A stretch of DNA of 64,000 nt from Marsupella aquatica (taxonomy: Eukaryota > Plantae > Marchantiophyta): contig OZ316895.1 of NCBI GenBank assembly GCA_973895155.1, positions 9,598,184 through 9,662,183 of the forward strand, in the 5' to 3' direction. Position 1 is the stretch's first letter. Each line of letters starts with the position of its first letter. Made by a program: the position numbers and the translations under genes. A model generated the notes under the pieces. That model worked only from the letters and a program-made list of their open reading frames with translations. It did not search any database and was not told the DNA's origin. Below are positions 48,801-61,500 of this stretch, in pieces.

Positions 48801-49581
48801 GGGTTTGGACCTGCTCTGCCTCTACCACGGGCATAACCTAGAGCTTGCCCCCTGCCATAGTATTGGGCACCAGCCTGGGATCTACCACTACTACCACCTT
48901 GCCAACCTTGATCAGAGGTCAGCCACCCCTGCTGGTATGGTGCATGCACAGGCTTCGAAGGCAAAACAGAACTGGTAGGACGCTGCATCACATCACCAAC
49001 TACAATGTCAGGAACTAAGCAAGGTACATATGTGTAGTACTGAACATATGAAACCTCTAAACAAGAGTTTTTAACTCAAAACCTTGTTGGGAAAACTACT
49101 TACATGTTTCTTTTGGGGCTGCTCTGCAATGTATTCATCTTCATAACCCCCATCCTCATCCATTTCCTCTGGAAAATACTCATCATCTGCATCTTCTTGT
49201 CTAGTGTCTGCACCCACCTGTGCAGCATCAATGTCATCTCCACATTCTGCCATTGTAGGTACGACCTTCTTGCTCAACCTGTCACTCCGACGCACAGGCC
49301 CAGAGATAGTGCTGGTCACCCTTCTTGCGTACTCCTTTTGTTTCTTTGAAAATGCTGTGGCTCTGCGACATTCCAATATGAGAATACAGTCACAATTTCA
49401 GTGCCACATTGAACTATTCATGTCACACAAACTCAGCGGAGGGGTGTAGTTGAGAATCGTTCCCTTACAATTCAGCCACATCCTTTTCCAGATCCAGTTC
49501 TGCGATTTTGGCTTTCACGTATGCTCGTTGTTCCATAGCTTTCCTTTCATACTCACACATCTCTGTGTCACTCTGTTCCAT
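45873..49581 (-). CDS. CACTA C TnpA-like multi-exon gene with GW/RG-rich N-terminal exons
   Basis: KNRWHADLKAEVLRWLD, WARLVAYF...KKSSQMTEAR, FHGKRIPPG...LPIP...TLGDAVGSLVLWP. Exon boundaries are approximate. Confidence 0.75.
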
Positions 49582-49737
49582 CCTACTGGACCACAAAAAC
49601 ATGTCATCTATGGTCACCCCGTATAACACAATGCAACCACAATCACCAGGCATCCATCCATACATCTGTGTTGCTTCAGAATTACTTTATTACACATCCT
49701 TCCCCTCACTAATGTCCATGCAAACAATTCACATTAC

Positions 49738-52700
49738 TCATGGCACAGGCACACTGTTGGCATCTGCATCTCTGAATTCGCCTCCTTCAGCAAATGCATC
49801 TACCCTTGTCACAGGAATGAAGTCCCCGCTATCATGAACTACAGGCACTTGGTCTGAACGCCGATGATCAAAGGCACTATGAGAGTGTAAATGAAACTCA
49901 AGGTTTGATCCTTCCATCCGACGTTGCCTGGCCTGTTTATGACACACTACACGCCAACCTGGGGAGTCTTCCACATCCAGGAAGAAAGCTTGCTCCACCT
50001 GACTAGGAAACACAAATGGCTCAGACCATTCGGGCAATTTCCCTCTGAAATTGGCCAGCAAGAAACCGTCGTTGTCTCTCTTCATGGTAGCCCTGTTACC
50101 AAGCCAATCCTGCCGCACCCATGAACCTTTCATAAGAATCACAGGACTGGACACCGCCCCATAGTCCAGAGCCCATATGTCAACTAATTCTCCCACATAT
50201 CCCATCTCCATCCAGGCCCTGTCGTGATTGTGGCTCTGTTGCTCAAATACAGTGATGAGCCCGCAGTCATTCGTCACCCTGTAGGCACTGTCACCATCCT
50301 TCACTCGGAGTGATTCCCATATGCTCTCATCCGTTTGTAAGTCTTCACTTTCAGGCTAGGGGCATTAGACAGTAGGTAAACATCTGCATCCATGTCTGGG
50401 TGGGTCTCGTGATGCTCTCTAATTGCCACTCTGATCCACTCCATGAAACCTGGAAAAGTTGTTCCTGCAGTGGGATGGGCCGCCTTCAATGACTCATACT
50501 CCCTGAACGAACAACCACACAGCATTAGCTTGGGTAAACATGAACAGGCTGAAGGAGAAAACCACACGAACACAACATTTAAGCTCATGAACTGGATTAT
50601 AGCACATGTATGCACTCACTGTATCCAGGGTTCCATCACCACAGTGTTGTGCAATACAAAGTCATGTGCCAAGTCTCTCATAGATATGGTCGGGTTCTTT
50701 GTGGTTGCAGCCCCTTCCAGTACTTCACCTATCACCCCTTCCTCCTCATCAGAATTCCACACCCTGGTCTTCACATGCTCATATTGTGCTATGTATTCGG
50801 TCAGAAATCCCAGAGTCTCATCCTTGATGTAACCTTTAGCCATGCTTGCTTCAGGTTTGTAATATGTTCTCACGTGACCTTTGAGTAGCTTCATGTACCG
50901 TTCCAAAGGGTACAACCAACGAGCACTCACAGGCCCAAATTGGTGTAGCTCTTCCACAACATGGACAAGTAGGTGGGTCATGACATCAAAAAATGCGGGA
51001 GGAAAATAAATCTCCAGGTCACACAGCACCTGAGCGACATCTTCTGTCAGTTGTGGGAAGTGTGTTTCATCCCAAACCTTCACACAAATACAATGAAACA
51101 CATCACTGAGTCGCATGATCACAGTACGAACAGGCTTTTGCAACAGGCCCCTCAGGCATAAAGGCAACACCTGTTGCATCAACATATGGTAGTCATGGCT
51201 TTTCATACTACCAAGCTTTCTAGTCATGATATGCTTCTTGAAAGCACTGCCATAGTTTGAAGGAACCTTCAAAGAACTCAACCTCTACACAAATAGTTCC
51301 CACTCTGTGTCTGTCAGAACATAGGGCGCTTGGTACTTCAAGAGCACATCAGCTCTGTGGGCATGTGGCCTCAACCAAAGATGGGGTTTCATTCCCCTCT
51401 GTTCAAGATCCAATCTCATTGAACCAGTGTCTTTCTCTCCACACAAGAATCTGAGTAGACTCTCACAAATATTCTTTTCAATGTGCATAACATCAATGTT
51501 ATGTTTGCTTGGCTCAAACTCCTGCATCGTTGCAATGCAAAAGCGTCAGGAAATGCCTCAAGTTTAGTCTCTCTCTTCGAAATGAATGCACATGCTCTGA
51601 ACCAAAACATGTATCCCAATTAGCATCAACTCCAAGAGGCTTACCCTCCAGTACTTGAGCTCCAAGTCCAATATGCTCAGTCTTTTTACACCATATCGCT
51701 TTATTGGATCACTCACTCCATCTTCCCTGCCCCCTCGTTTGATATAGTCATCCCTCAGTGCTCCCCACTGCCTGATCTCCTCTTTGGTCACTCGTGCCGG
51801 GGGTCCATGTTGCTCAATCTCATTGCCAAAGTGTGCAATCAGTGCCTGTCTTTCTCTGTAAGGGTGATCTGCCTTCAGAAAACGACGATGGCCCATGTAT
51901 ATCACTTTCTGCAGGGCTCTGGAGTACTCACTGGTGACATTGCGCCCACAGATAGTACAAGCACAATATCCTTTTGTTGTTTGGCCTGATATCATCCCAT
52001 GGGCTGGGTAGTCAGCTATAGTCAGAATGACAATGGCTCTAAGGATGAATGGGTTTAACCTCCCAAGCCTCTGTAGGACATCATATGTGAGAACTCCTTC
52101 CTCCCAAAGCTTTCTCAATTCCTCCACTAGGGGAGCCAGAAACACATCTATGTTGGCAGATACAGCACTGTCTGGCCCTGGTATCAGTAGGACCATCAGA
52201 ACAAAAAATCGCTTTGTAGTTATCCAAGGAGGAAGGTTATAATTCAAAATAGTTATAGGCCAGCACGAAAATTTGTTGTTCTTGTCTCCAAATGGGTTTA
52301 CCCCATCCAATGACAGCCCAAGTCTGACATTCCTCGGCTCAGCAGCAAATTCGGGATACATCTCATCTATGAGTTTCCATTGCCTTGAATCTGCAGCATG
52401 TCGTTGTAGCCCATCATCACTTTTCTTGTCAGTTGCCCAAGTCATCATCTCCGAGATGGCACGGCTTTTGAACATCCGCTAAAGTCTGGGAATGAGTGGA
52501 AAATGACGAAGTACCTTGGCGGGAACCATAGACTTTCCTGAGTTCCGATACCTGTGCTTCCCACACTTAGGGCATGTCAACGATTCTTTATACTCCTTTC
52601 TAAAAAGAACATGCCCATCAGGACAGGCATGGATCGAATCATAGTTCAATCCAAGATTAGATATGCATCTTTTTGCCTCGTACATGTTCTTGGGCAAAAT

Positions 52701-53467
52701 ATTACCATCTGGTAGCACAGTTGTTCGCAAGAATGCCAACAACTCAGAAACCAAAACGTTGGGGACATTGTGGTTGCCACAAATGTTCAAGAACATGATG
52801 ACAAATCCCAGTTTAGAACATTTGCTACCGGGGTACAAAGACTTCCTGCCTTCCTATATTTGCAGGGAGAGCCAAACATCCCATCATGCCCAGGGGTTTC
52901 TTGCCCTATCTCAAACTCATCAAGAGGCTCTTCGACAGGGGGCACACTTGCATCTGCAGCCGTATCCTCTTCGTTGTCCAGCCCATCATGAAATGCATCC
53001 AAGTCTTGGAAGATGTCTCTCACCATCTCTTCCACATGAATTCCTTCGTCACGTGGTGCTGCCTGAGCACCATCCCGTTGGAGAGCTGACAACCCACAGA
53101 GACCAGCTACAACATTTTCAAATGCACCAGGCAGAACCTCACTTGCCCGTCTTGCAGCATTGGCAGCATCAAATTCTAACCTCCACTCCTCGTCGGAAGA
53201 ATCTTCCTCTGCAGGATCATTCCAAACTCGATGTCGTGGATCTCTTCCATGAACCGCGATATGCCGCCAAACCTCATTCAGACCCCTGGTACGAGATCCT
53301 TGGCAGATTGCACAAGGACATCTCATCCTACTGGCTCCTGAAAGTCTGGTTCGTAACCTTTCACGCTGCCAAAGCTTATTATCATGGCGTGATATCCTTG
53401 TGGGATGATGCAAAGGCAGTGCCTGTGCCCTGGGCTGGGTCTGGGGAGGGTGGTGACCAGGGTGCAT
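49738..53467 (-). pseudogene. CACTA C transposase (Tnp2/TnpD-type)
   Basis: Motifs CPCAIC, IHACPDGHVLF, RNVRLGLSLDG, YNLPPW, DVMHIEKN, MKSHDYH, FPPAFFDVMTH, RWLYPLER, EPFVFPSQ. Stops at 52479 and ~51282; frameshifts at ~52860 and ~50305. Confidence 0.92.
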
Positions 53468-53900
53468 TGTAACAGGCTGGGAGCTCTGCAGTCATGGACA
53501 GCAGTGAACAAGGATGCCTAATGGTGGTATTTGTGTTCCATATATCCCTGACTGTATCTGCCAAAAGAGTTAACATAACATGTACTAAATTCTCACAAAC
53601 CCTAAACCACCCCAAAAGAAAAAACCAGGTTCGCAAGTAGTGTACCTATTGTCAAGTGAATGACACAAAATTCCTAAATGTTGGAGGGTGTCACCACCTC
53701 CTCCGCTGTCCTCAAATGTACCGCCTCTGCATGTACGTTTACAATGACACCCCCAGGCAGCAGGAAACAACAATCCGCCAACAGTAAAATAAGCCCAACT
53801 GCCACCAACCATAACAAGGTACATTAGTTCAAAGATCACATTTATTTCAATGATCTGATTTATACAAAAAAACTTGTGTCCAAACTGATGCTACTACTCC

Positions 53901-54773
53901 TCACTCTGATTCAGAATCGCTAATGACCCATTCCTCACTTGTTGGCTCATAGTCCTCTCTGTAAGGATCCTGACCCTTCCGTGGCCAGGCCTCAAAAAGA
54001 TCATAGTCCATTGGGTTTTGACGCTTCCCAGCTGCTACTGATTCCACAAGCCAAGCATATGAAACCACAAACACATTATGGGACATGACATAAAAGCGAA
54101 TGTCTCCCTTCCCAAACTTGCGGCAGGCTTTGGGATATGACTTAGTAATGACATGAGTGGTGTCCTCTGTTATATTCTCCTCCACTGTCCCACCTAGGTC
54201 AAGCACTGTGGACTTGTACACTTTGCACTTAACCTCTCCAATTCCCGCCTCCACAAATACCATCCTCAGCCCTTTCAGAATGGGGGTTGGTTGCTTCGTC
54301 TCCTCAGCCAACATACTCTTCAGCCTTGTAGAGCTCTGTCCTTTGTTGAGTACAGGTCCATATTGGAGATCAGCAAGCCGTGCCTTTGCTTCCCAGACTT
54401 CTTGTTCAGCCCAAGCTGATGCAGTAGCTTCTTCATCCTCCCACAACTCATATTGCTGAGTATCCTATACAATCTTATGTGCTATGGAATCTGTGATCCA
54501 AGAGGCCTCAACTACTTTTAGGCCTTGCTTAGTAATTGCAGAATTCATGTAGGACCATGACCACTTCTTTATCACTGATAGCCATGTCCCTGCAACAACA
54601 TGTGTAGTCTCTGGAGTGATGTCCTGAACTACAGTGCCATGGAGCTCAGAGAATCATTTCTGTACAGTTGGCCAATGCACTTTGGTCAACCCATGCTGGC
54701 CATGGACCAAAATCGCTCTGACCCCTGTAAACACTACTGGGTGGTCACACTTTCTACGTTTACCAGGCTCCAT
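53901..54773 (-). pseudogene. Tandem-BRCT protein (290 codons) with two nonsense changes
   Basis: ATG 54773: MEPGKRRK...VFTGV...ELHGTVVQDITPETTHVV...WITDSI...YEL, then LKGL...DLGGTVEENITEDTTHVI...WLVESV...YDL. In-frame TGA at 54656 and TAG at 54467. Confidence 0.85.
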
Positions 54774-55365
54774 GTACACACACCCTACGTGATGACAGTG
54801 AATTTTGGAAGAATGGGTTCACCTGACAATACAAGGACAACAAAATTCCTGCTTTTTGAGTTGATCTGGCCCACTGGTGCTCAGGTCCAATTTTGATAGG
54901 TACAAGGGATATGTGAACAATACGTACTAGGCACCTGCACGGATACAGGACATTGTTTGAATATATACTACAAAATCCATATCCGTGGTGAAATGAAGTG
55001 CAACCAACTTGTCATGGCACATACATATTTTGTTGTAAAGGAGGATACATTCAATGACAAACTTATAGGGCAATTTGATTAATTGCATGCCTGATAATTT
55101 ATACGCTTACAACTTAGAAGTCCTGTTTTAATTTAGCAGTCTGATGAAAGTGTTTATGAAAATGACCACTCAACCTAAATACTTCCAAGAAGGCTTGTAA
55201 GGATAAGTTTGTATAGGCATGTACCCAGCCACTGACGCCAGAGCACAAGATAAGTGCTGCCTATATAAACTTGCTTACCCAACTCCTTTTCAAAATTGGA
55301 ATCTCTGCAATCTCAAAAAATAGTACATCCACATCAGGTGCACTGTGCATGTACAATGTTCAGCT

Positions 55366-56046
55366 TCACAGCCAAGATATGTGATCTCTCACAGGAGTGC
55401 GCGAGGTAGGATCAATGGCATGGCGATGACAATAAAATATCCATCGATCAACACCATGTGCAGAGTGATCATAGATTTCTCTGTCACAAGCATAACCCTC
55501 TGCTTGATGATCTTTCAGGCAATGATAGTGCCACATAGTGGGACACCTAGCACAGTGGACTATGTCAGTCCAGTAGTCATCATCATGCTCACCACATGCC
55601 TTGCACCTATGAAGTGGGCAAGCTGTGGCATGAGCAGGCAAACACTCAAAACAGAAAAATCTCACACAAAAACGGTCTGGACATTTCCTAACATTTGCTG
55701 CAGCATCAACAGAGCCCTCATAGGACCCCAACTTCCCACACTATGCACACTTAGCCTGCTTCTCCAAACAATCAGTGCACATCCAGTCTCCTTGGTGTGT
55801 TGACGGGAGGCCCACCCCTGGACAGTTGTTTTCTGCAGCAAGGTCAGACTCCGGGTTGAGGTGGAAATGCCTCATGCAAGGGCCCTCACAAATGATCAGG
55901 CCCCCACCATCGTCACAAATGGCACAACAATGAGTTGCCTTCTGGAAAATCTGACTTGCAGAGAAGTTAGTAGCATCTGCCCCAAGTACACCTGTGTTTC
56001 TCACCTCTGTCACACGCTTTTTGGCTTGAATTTTAGGCCGTGCCAT
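55366..56046 (-). pseudogene. EDM2-type composite PHD-finger module (one in-frame TAG at 55741-55743)
   Basis: CAICDDGGGLIICEGPCMRHFH...WMCTDC...C..CGKLGS...CPLHRCKAC...CARCP..WH..CL...IFYCHRHAIDP..RTPVRDHI. Closely follows the EDM2 PHD region as recalled. Confidence 0.85.
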
Positions 56047-56744
56047 GCCTGCGCATGAGATAGACTCTACAATTTAGCAGACTGCACAGAAAGTAAAATA
56101 TATTTAGCATTTAAGGTACAAAGGCATTTGCTACTGCAATGAATTGGAATGGCCACACAAGGATGCAGAGCACACATACTTTTGGTATGTTGAGCCCACA
56201 CACAAAACTGATCCCCTAATACAATTTCTCCACCAACACCTCAATTTTAATTGTGGCTATGATTCACCAAAGGAGATCTGCAACAACATTTCATGCATTT
56301 GAATCACATACAATAGTCGTGACATGTAAAACAGGCATTCTTCGAAGAGGATTGGTATGAAGCAGTGTCATAAGGGTTGAAATTTATACATCCTAAATAG
56401 GTTATGATAGTGGCTGAGACAAATAAGTGAGGCATAAATCATTTTGCATATTATCCCATGGCCCATTAATTCATTCAACGTTGCAATGTTCACCAGGTTA
56501 AAGCAGTCATGAAAGTAGTCTTTCAATAGAGACTTTTATGCGAGTTTGCTAGCCTCTTAAATTAGGATATTTTGCTTAGTGCAGGCATAATAGGATATAA
56601 GTTATGTACTGTTGACCCTAAACCCTGGACCCAAAATTGCTCATACATCAAAATTTTAAGTAAATATCCTCTGTGTTGAAGTCAGAGTGTTAAGCTATAG
56701 GTCAATGGTATCTGGTCTGTGCATGCGGTGTGACAAGTGGTCCT

Positions 56745-57194
56745 CTAGAGCATGTGATCCAAACATGTGTAGACACCAAAGTCACCGGTGGTGGGGTCTA
56801 GGAGGGCAGGACAAGTGACATCACCAGGCACACTGCAGGATGGCGAGTGGTTCCAGATGATACATTGTGCTCTGTGCAAAAATCGGCATCCAAGAGAACG
56901 GTCATCCAATTCTGGGCCAGAAGCCCTACAGGCAGGATAGTCATATTGGCAACTGTGTACACACCCTTGGCACCTAATTTGTGGCGGGTCATGTACAAGA
57001 GACACAAATACCAAGGATGTCGGGAAGGGTACTGAAGCAGGTAGAGGCCGGCTGTAGTTGTTCCTGGAAACAACAGGGTACTCAAAGTACCATGCAGACT
57101 GGGCTGGAAGGATCCCAAGTCTGACATACTCAAGGCACAACATCTCTGCCTTGCGTGCAAGTCGCACATGTTCAGCGTTGCGGGTCCTCACCAT
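56745..57194 (-). CDS. Hypothetical 149-aa Cys/His-rich protein, possibly a divergent PHD/zinc finger
   Basis: CQGC...C...C..LH...C...C...C...CLDH; co-oriented with the other cargo genes. Confidence 0.4.
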   Translation of the reverse strand: MVRTRNAEHVRLARKAEMLCLEYVRLGILPAQSAWYFEYPVVSRNNYSRPLPASVPFPTSLVFVSLVHDPPQIRCQGCVHSCQYDYPACRASGPELDDRSLGCRFLHRAQCIIWNHSPSCSVPGDVTCPALLDPTTGDFGVYTCLDHML

Positions 57195-58204
57195 AAGTGT
57201 TGCTTTCGTTGTGATGTCCTCTGTTCACGTCCTTTGATGAGCAAGGTGAGCAGGAGGTCGACTTGCCTCGCCAACAGCAACCACCTAAACTAATCAGTTC
57301 CCACTCATTGTCTTGGTTCCAACTACAGGTCATAGTATACACATAGCATGAAACGTGCATAGTACATATTTGATTATGAGTTTATGAGTTTCCTAAGACA
57401 ACGAGCTTGGTGATAAACCCATATTCTCGACGGACATGTATATCAATCATATTAAACTCCTGTTTTTTCATCCAAAAAGACCGAAAGTCTCACCTTGCAG
57501 GTTGCAGCAGAGAGAAAATTCACTGGTTGTCGTGTTGTGCAAGTGAACCTCCACTGATGCCCCAGTGTAGCCCCTCAGATGCAGGTGACACTTACCAACT
57601 CCCAAGTTTCCTGGTCTAACAGAAAATGCTTATATCTTCAGAACTTTATAGAGCAAGTACATGATCACATACTTCTGGATCTATTCATATTTGGAACTCT
57701 TGCCAACTACAACTCCCATTATGCACAAGCTCACATCAACAGAGAAAGATACAGAATTCATGTACTTACTATGGCTCTAAGCACCTTCACTACCTTGTTG
57801 AACCCAGTCCTGAAGTCTTTTCAGCGTGTTTGTTGTGCTGTCTCCTTTGGCACCCAACACCTTAGTCCTTGATGTAACAGAATGCGATTTTACAAGTTAG
57901 ATGCTTTGGAACCTTCTATGGTCTTAGCTGAATTGATGTCATCGTAAGTGGTGAAAGACAAGGAAGACGAAAGCTGGTTGAAGAGCTGTGGACAACACAC
58001 TAGCATGAAGTGCTTCAACCAATCCACTGCCAAACGGAACTCTTACACAGTCACATTCTTTCAGTAAACAGAAACTCAGTCAAACTTCATAATCAAAGTA
58101 CAGACTCTGAAGGACCAAAGGAGGATGTTGTGAGTTTCTTTGTTGTTTAATGTGTTACCCTTCTAGTTTCGAAGTTAGCAAATGCTGAATAATGTGTCTA
58201 CCAG

Positions 58205-58544
58205 ATCTTCAAAAAGAAGCCCACCACAATTAAGAACTTCGGTATCTGGGTGAGGTATCAGAGTTGTACAGGTTATCCCAACATGTACAAGAAATATCGT
58301 GATACCACATTAAACAACCACACAACAGATGTATGATGAGATGGCTTCTTGTCATAGAGTTCGGTTCCCTTGCATCCAGATCATCAAGACTACGACAGTC
58401 CCTGTCTCTCTGTGCAAGCGAGAAAGTACCAAGCAGTTCCATGATTCAAAGATCAAGTTCCCCTTGACGTACCGCAAGATTCAACCTCCATCGCGAAAGC
58501 TAAAGACGACTTACAAGGCCACCAAGCCCAACACATTTGTTTGA
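58205..58544 (+). pseudogene. RPL18A: Captured last exon of 60S ribosomal protein L18a (eL20), frameshifted at ~58320
   Basis: [20 protein letters not shown]...[20 protein letters not shown]...[11 protein letters not shown]...KLKTTYKA; begins right after an acceptor CCAG. Confidence 0.88.
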
Positions 58545-61500
58545 GTAGTGCGGGTGCAGGTTCCCAATTTTGAAACAATTTGGCTCATTTTATGTCCCAA
58601 GGGACTCCAGGAGTTTATGTATTGAGTTTCTAGGTCAAGATGCTTAATATAAGGAAATTCAATTATCACTTCGTTCCCAACTTCTATTAATTGAATATAC
58701 ACAAGCTGGAAGCAAGAAGACAAGCCACAATCTAGCATCTTAGCCAAACACAATCGTCCCGACAAAGCAAAACTCAGCTGGACAGAAGTCACTCGGATCC
58801 ACAAAAAATTGAAGATTCACCTCCAAGCCGGAGGCCGATCACTTCAGTACAGCAGCTTCTGGATGGAACAAACTCTGCTCAGCCCCACAGAAACACAAAT
58901 GTTAAGGCTCCAAGTCAGAGCTCACAAACAGAAACTCAGATAAATAACATTCAAAATCTGTCCAGGTTTGTGCAAAGTGTACATATTCATTCTTCTGGAA
59001 TGAACACGCAATCCATAAGAACGAAAGTAGGAAGGCAAGCGCACGGGCCACCGAGAAAAGTAAAGGATGCATGTGTTAGTGGGGAGGGATCTTAGCAAAA
59101 ACAGGGGAAAGCAAGGGAACTTGCTGCTAAAATCAGCTGAACGATTGCACGGTTCCTATAAATTTAGTGGACCTTAAGGCCGTCTGTTCACCCCCCCACC
59201 CCACCGCCAGAGCACGGGGCACAAGGCATGTTCTGATACAGGGAGGAGCGAAACAGTCATGTCAAGCAAGAAGTGTGGAGAGACCAATCAGTAAGCAAAA
59301 ATAGGGGAGAACATACATACATCAGCAGCAGCAGGAAACAAGAAAGATGATTTCGGGTGGCATCTTAGGGTCGGGGACACCACTGCAACACCGGGACTTA
59401 GGATATGACTAAATGTAAGCTACACAGTCCTCCGTTCTCTTCAACAATTACCTTAAACAGTGAAGTAATCTAAATGGATGTTGATCAAAATCAATTGCAA
59501 CTACGCGGCCCTTGGTTTTGCTGCGGCTACAGCAGCCAAGAGAACAGCTCAGAGCCTTGATTGAAGACTGTGCTCTCAAACTAAGCTAAAGACAAAGAGA
59601 TATAGAGAGAGACAAAAAAAGTTGACAGGAGTGCAAAGCGAGAACCCACTCCCGTTCTTTCAACACCCTAAACCCCGCTGCCTGACTTAAGTTGCATGGC
59701 GACAGAAGCAGTCATTGAAAACTTACCTTGTGATGACAAAAACGCTCTGGGATGGGCTGCTACTCCCAGGACTATCCCACACTCTTAGCGCCCCGTTGCT
59801 ATTGAGCCACACTTCAGTTCAGCCACGCACGCTCAATCTTTGTCATTCAGCTAAGTTCAGCTCCGCAGGGCCTGGACTCACTCTCATCCAATTTCAGTTG
59901 ATCAGTATTGTAGCTCTCTGCTCCCAAGAACAGGTCCTTGCGTTTGTTGAGCGCCTCTATAGACTCACTTACCTCCAAAAACACTGAAAGTTTTTATCTG
60001 CATTACAATGAGCTCTAAAGACCAAAAACATTCCCGCCTAAACTGAAATAGAGTCCGCAACTACAAGCTTTGCAGCTCAACTCTCTGAGCTCTCCCAGCT
60101 CAAAGGTATCAGCATGTTGTACCCACACTTGATCGAACGCTCTTCCAATGCTCGCTAGGTTGATCTTCCAATGCTCACGGTAAGCTATGGACACCAAGCT
60201 CAGAAGACCGTGGGGAGACAACTAAACTTGCAGCGACGTAGGACCGCAAAGATAGGGATTGCAGCTTTACCTGGGGCGATGCAGCACCAAGCCGTGCTGC
60301 GTAGCAATCCACAGCAAGAATAGTCCAAATGCAAGCCAAGTGACAAGCTCCTGGTTCTCGATCCCAAGTTGCAACTGAATATCGAATTCACTCTCCTAGC
60401 TTCAAGGAATGAGTGTCTATTGAATGTTGAATTAAATTCTCGCAAACTCTTCACAGTGCTTCCCGTAGTGCCTATTGTCGATGCAACACACAATCACTCT
60501 TGATGCCTACTACTCACATTCCCTTTTCTCAATGCAACACACACTCGCTCTTCTCACCTCCTACTACTCACATTGCCCAACGATCAACGAAAGCAGAAGG
60601 ACAGGACAGGGAGAACCCTTTCGCAACTCAGGACGGCAAGGCTAGGAGTGTATACACATCGGGCCGCAATAAGGTCCAACCTCAACTTCAAAAAGTGCAA
60701 CGCCAAAACTGGAAGCCGGGTCCAATAACAGTCGTTAGTAGGATGTCGTAAAACCCCTAAAGTTGCAGCATTGCCATACTCTACTTCCTCACCCGGTAGC
60801 GCTAGGCATTCGACCTCTCTCTTCCAAAGACCTCGATGACCTCCCACCAGCTCAATGACGATGGCACGCAAAGCTTCCGTTTGGCTTGCAAACCCTTGAG
60901 GCAAACCAACTCCCTTGGAGACCCTTCCCAAAACCCTGTGCGGGAGAGAAATGCCGAACGTGAAGACCACTCACTTGTCTTCCCATTGAAGTGGAGACAT
61001 TAGTTCACAAAAGAGACACAAAAGTCTATGATTTGCCTAATTTGTTTTTTCCTTTGAAACCAAAGGACTTACGCAATAGTTATATGTGGGGTGAGTGGTT
61101 AGTCACAACTTTGAACCACCCCCTTTGGTGAAAATGTGGCCAAATATTCAGGTATGACCCCACATTACCATTATGAAGTACACTTTTTTACGGTTGGGGT
61201 AGTGAAGAGCTGATCATATATATTTAAGTTGGACATTTAAGTTGGACTTATATTGAACATGAAGCATGCATTGGTTGTCATATATGAAGGGGGCCGGGGA
61301 AACATGGTGGTTTCTGGGGCATGGCAATAAGTAAACCCAACCTACATATGTGAGGCTGAAATTGGGTGATAATTAAGCACGCCTTTGGCACGACCAGAAG
61401 ACGTCGATAGAAAAATTAGAGATTGACTACAAAAAGCATTAAGTTAGGTTAGCAAGCTTTGACAAATCCTTTTTGCAGTTGAATGGGGCTGGGGCGCGCT

